Shown here one piece after another: positions 63,320-64,000 of a DNA stretch of 64,000 nucleotides; the stretch's first letter is position 1; every line of letters begins with the position of its first letter. This DNA is from Ilumatobacteraceae bacterium. GTDB lineage: Bacteria; Actinomycetota; Acidimicrobiia; Acidimicrobiales; Ilumatobacteraceae. Made by a program: the position numbers and the translations under genes. Where the stretch lies: the NCBI GenBank assembly GCA_965229005.1, contig CBDDIP010000002.1:1014125-1078124 (forward strand), given 5' to 3'. Below the pieces are notes generated by a model. It saw nothing but the letters and a program-made list of their open reading frames with translations, searched no databases and was not told the origin of the DNA.

Positions 63320-64000
63320 TCAGCGTGACACGGTGGCCTTGCGCAAGAACGTGACCGGTTTCGTGTGATCGAGTCCCGGCTTGGGGATCAGCGACAGGTT
63401 CACCCCGGCGAGCGCAGCGTCGGCTTCACCGCCGACGCATTCCGGATCGGGGCCGTCGAGCGGCAGGCCGGTGAAGAACTTGGCAGCCATGCACCCGCCC
63501 TGGCAGGCGTCCCACGATCCGCACGATGCGCAGGCGCCGGCAGATTGTGGCTCGCGCAGCTGACGGAACAGCTCGCTGTGCTTCCACACCTGGGCGAAGC
63601 CGCCGGGGTCGCGCACCGAGCCGGCCTTGAACTGGTCGTGGATCACGAACGGGCAGGCGTACACGTCGCCGATCGGGTCGATCAGGCAGACGACGCGGCC
63701 GGCGCCACACATGTTCAACCCCGGCAGTGGCTCGCCGAGCGCGTTGAGGTGGAAGAACGAGTCGCCGGTCAGGACGTTGTCGCCGTGGGCCAGCAACCAG
63801 CGGTAGATCTGCCGTTGCTGGTCGTTGGTCGGGTGAAGGTCCTGCCAGCTGTCCACGCCGCGGCCGCTCGGGCGCAGGCGGGTGACGCGCAGCTGCGCGC
63901 CATACGAGTCGGCGAGCGACTTGAAGCCGTCGAGCTGATCGACGTTGTGGCGGGTGACGACGACGGAGATCTTGAACGGCCCGAACCCGGCCGAGGCGAG
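63320..64000 (-). CDS. mftC: radical SAM / SPASM-domain maturase, mycofactocin MftC-like (5' end beyond window)
   Basis: Frame stays open to the window edge; SPASM Cys cluster (CGAGRVVCLIDPIGDVYACPF…CASCGSWDACQGGCMAAKFFTGLPLDGPDPEC) and upstream …VTRLRPSGRG…; resembles MftC from memory. Confidence 0.6.
   Translation of the reverse strand, partial: LASAGFGPFKISVVVTRHNVDQLDGFKSLADSYGAQLRVTRLRPSGRGVDSWQDLHPTNDQQRQIYRWLLAHGDNVLTGDSFFHLNALGEPLPGLNMCGAGRVVCLIDPIGDVYACPFVIHDQFKAGSVRDPGGFAQVWKHSELFRQLREPQSAGACASCGSWDACQGGCMAAKFFTGLPLDGPDPECVGGEADAALAGVNLSLIPKPGLDHTKPVTFLRKATVSR

Overview
High-GC (~70%) actinobacterial chromosomal segment with about 65 protein-coding genes and no rRNA, tRNA or CRISPR that I can see. 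Long ORFs appear in several frames because of GC3 bias, so most listed six-frame ORFs are antisense or fused-frame artefacts; genes were called from recognisable family signatures and start/stop coupling. Main content: (1) an ECF sigma / BNR-repeat anti-sigma pair downstream of an O-antigen-ligase/TPR gene. (2) A tight arylamine N-acetyltransferase - aromatic amino acid decarboxylase - secreted phospholipase A2 cluster. (3) A ~12 kb copper and envelope-stress island: CopB-type His-rich P-type ATPase, two DUF305 lipoproteins, M23 and LysM-NlpC/P60 cell-wall hydrolases, a BlaI/CopY-family repressor with a sensor-less M56 (BlaR1-like) peptidase, TlpA-membrane-CcdA thiol relay, TAT multicopper oxidase and lgt. 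Five copies of a CTACA-N3-TGTAG (TACA-N3-TGTA core) palindrome sit in front of these units. (4) guaA, a RipA-like endopeptidase, two OatA-like acyltransferase-SGNH paralogs, an APH-like kinase and a dienelactone hydrolase. (5) A hypothetical-FadD-amidase-flotillin operon. (6) A VOC / LLM / pirin cluster, a large LuxR-ATPase regulator, and an intact IS481-family element with 5-bp target duplication. (7) DUF4242, DJ-1, a HAD-GH18 single ORF, SDR, ABM, ArsR, an ABC-2 exporter, an FtsX-like permease without adjacent ATPase, a class E sortase, a GT2 coupled to an 875-aa two-domain methyltransferase with Cys4 ribbon, a FadH-like reductase, a repeat-rich surface protein, plsY and a truncated MftC-like radical SAM gene. 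The most interesting candidate system is the BlaI/BlaR1-type regulon wired to copper and envelope genes; the NAT-AADC-PLA2 cluster is second.
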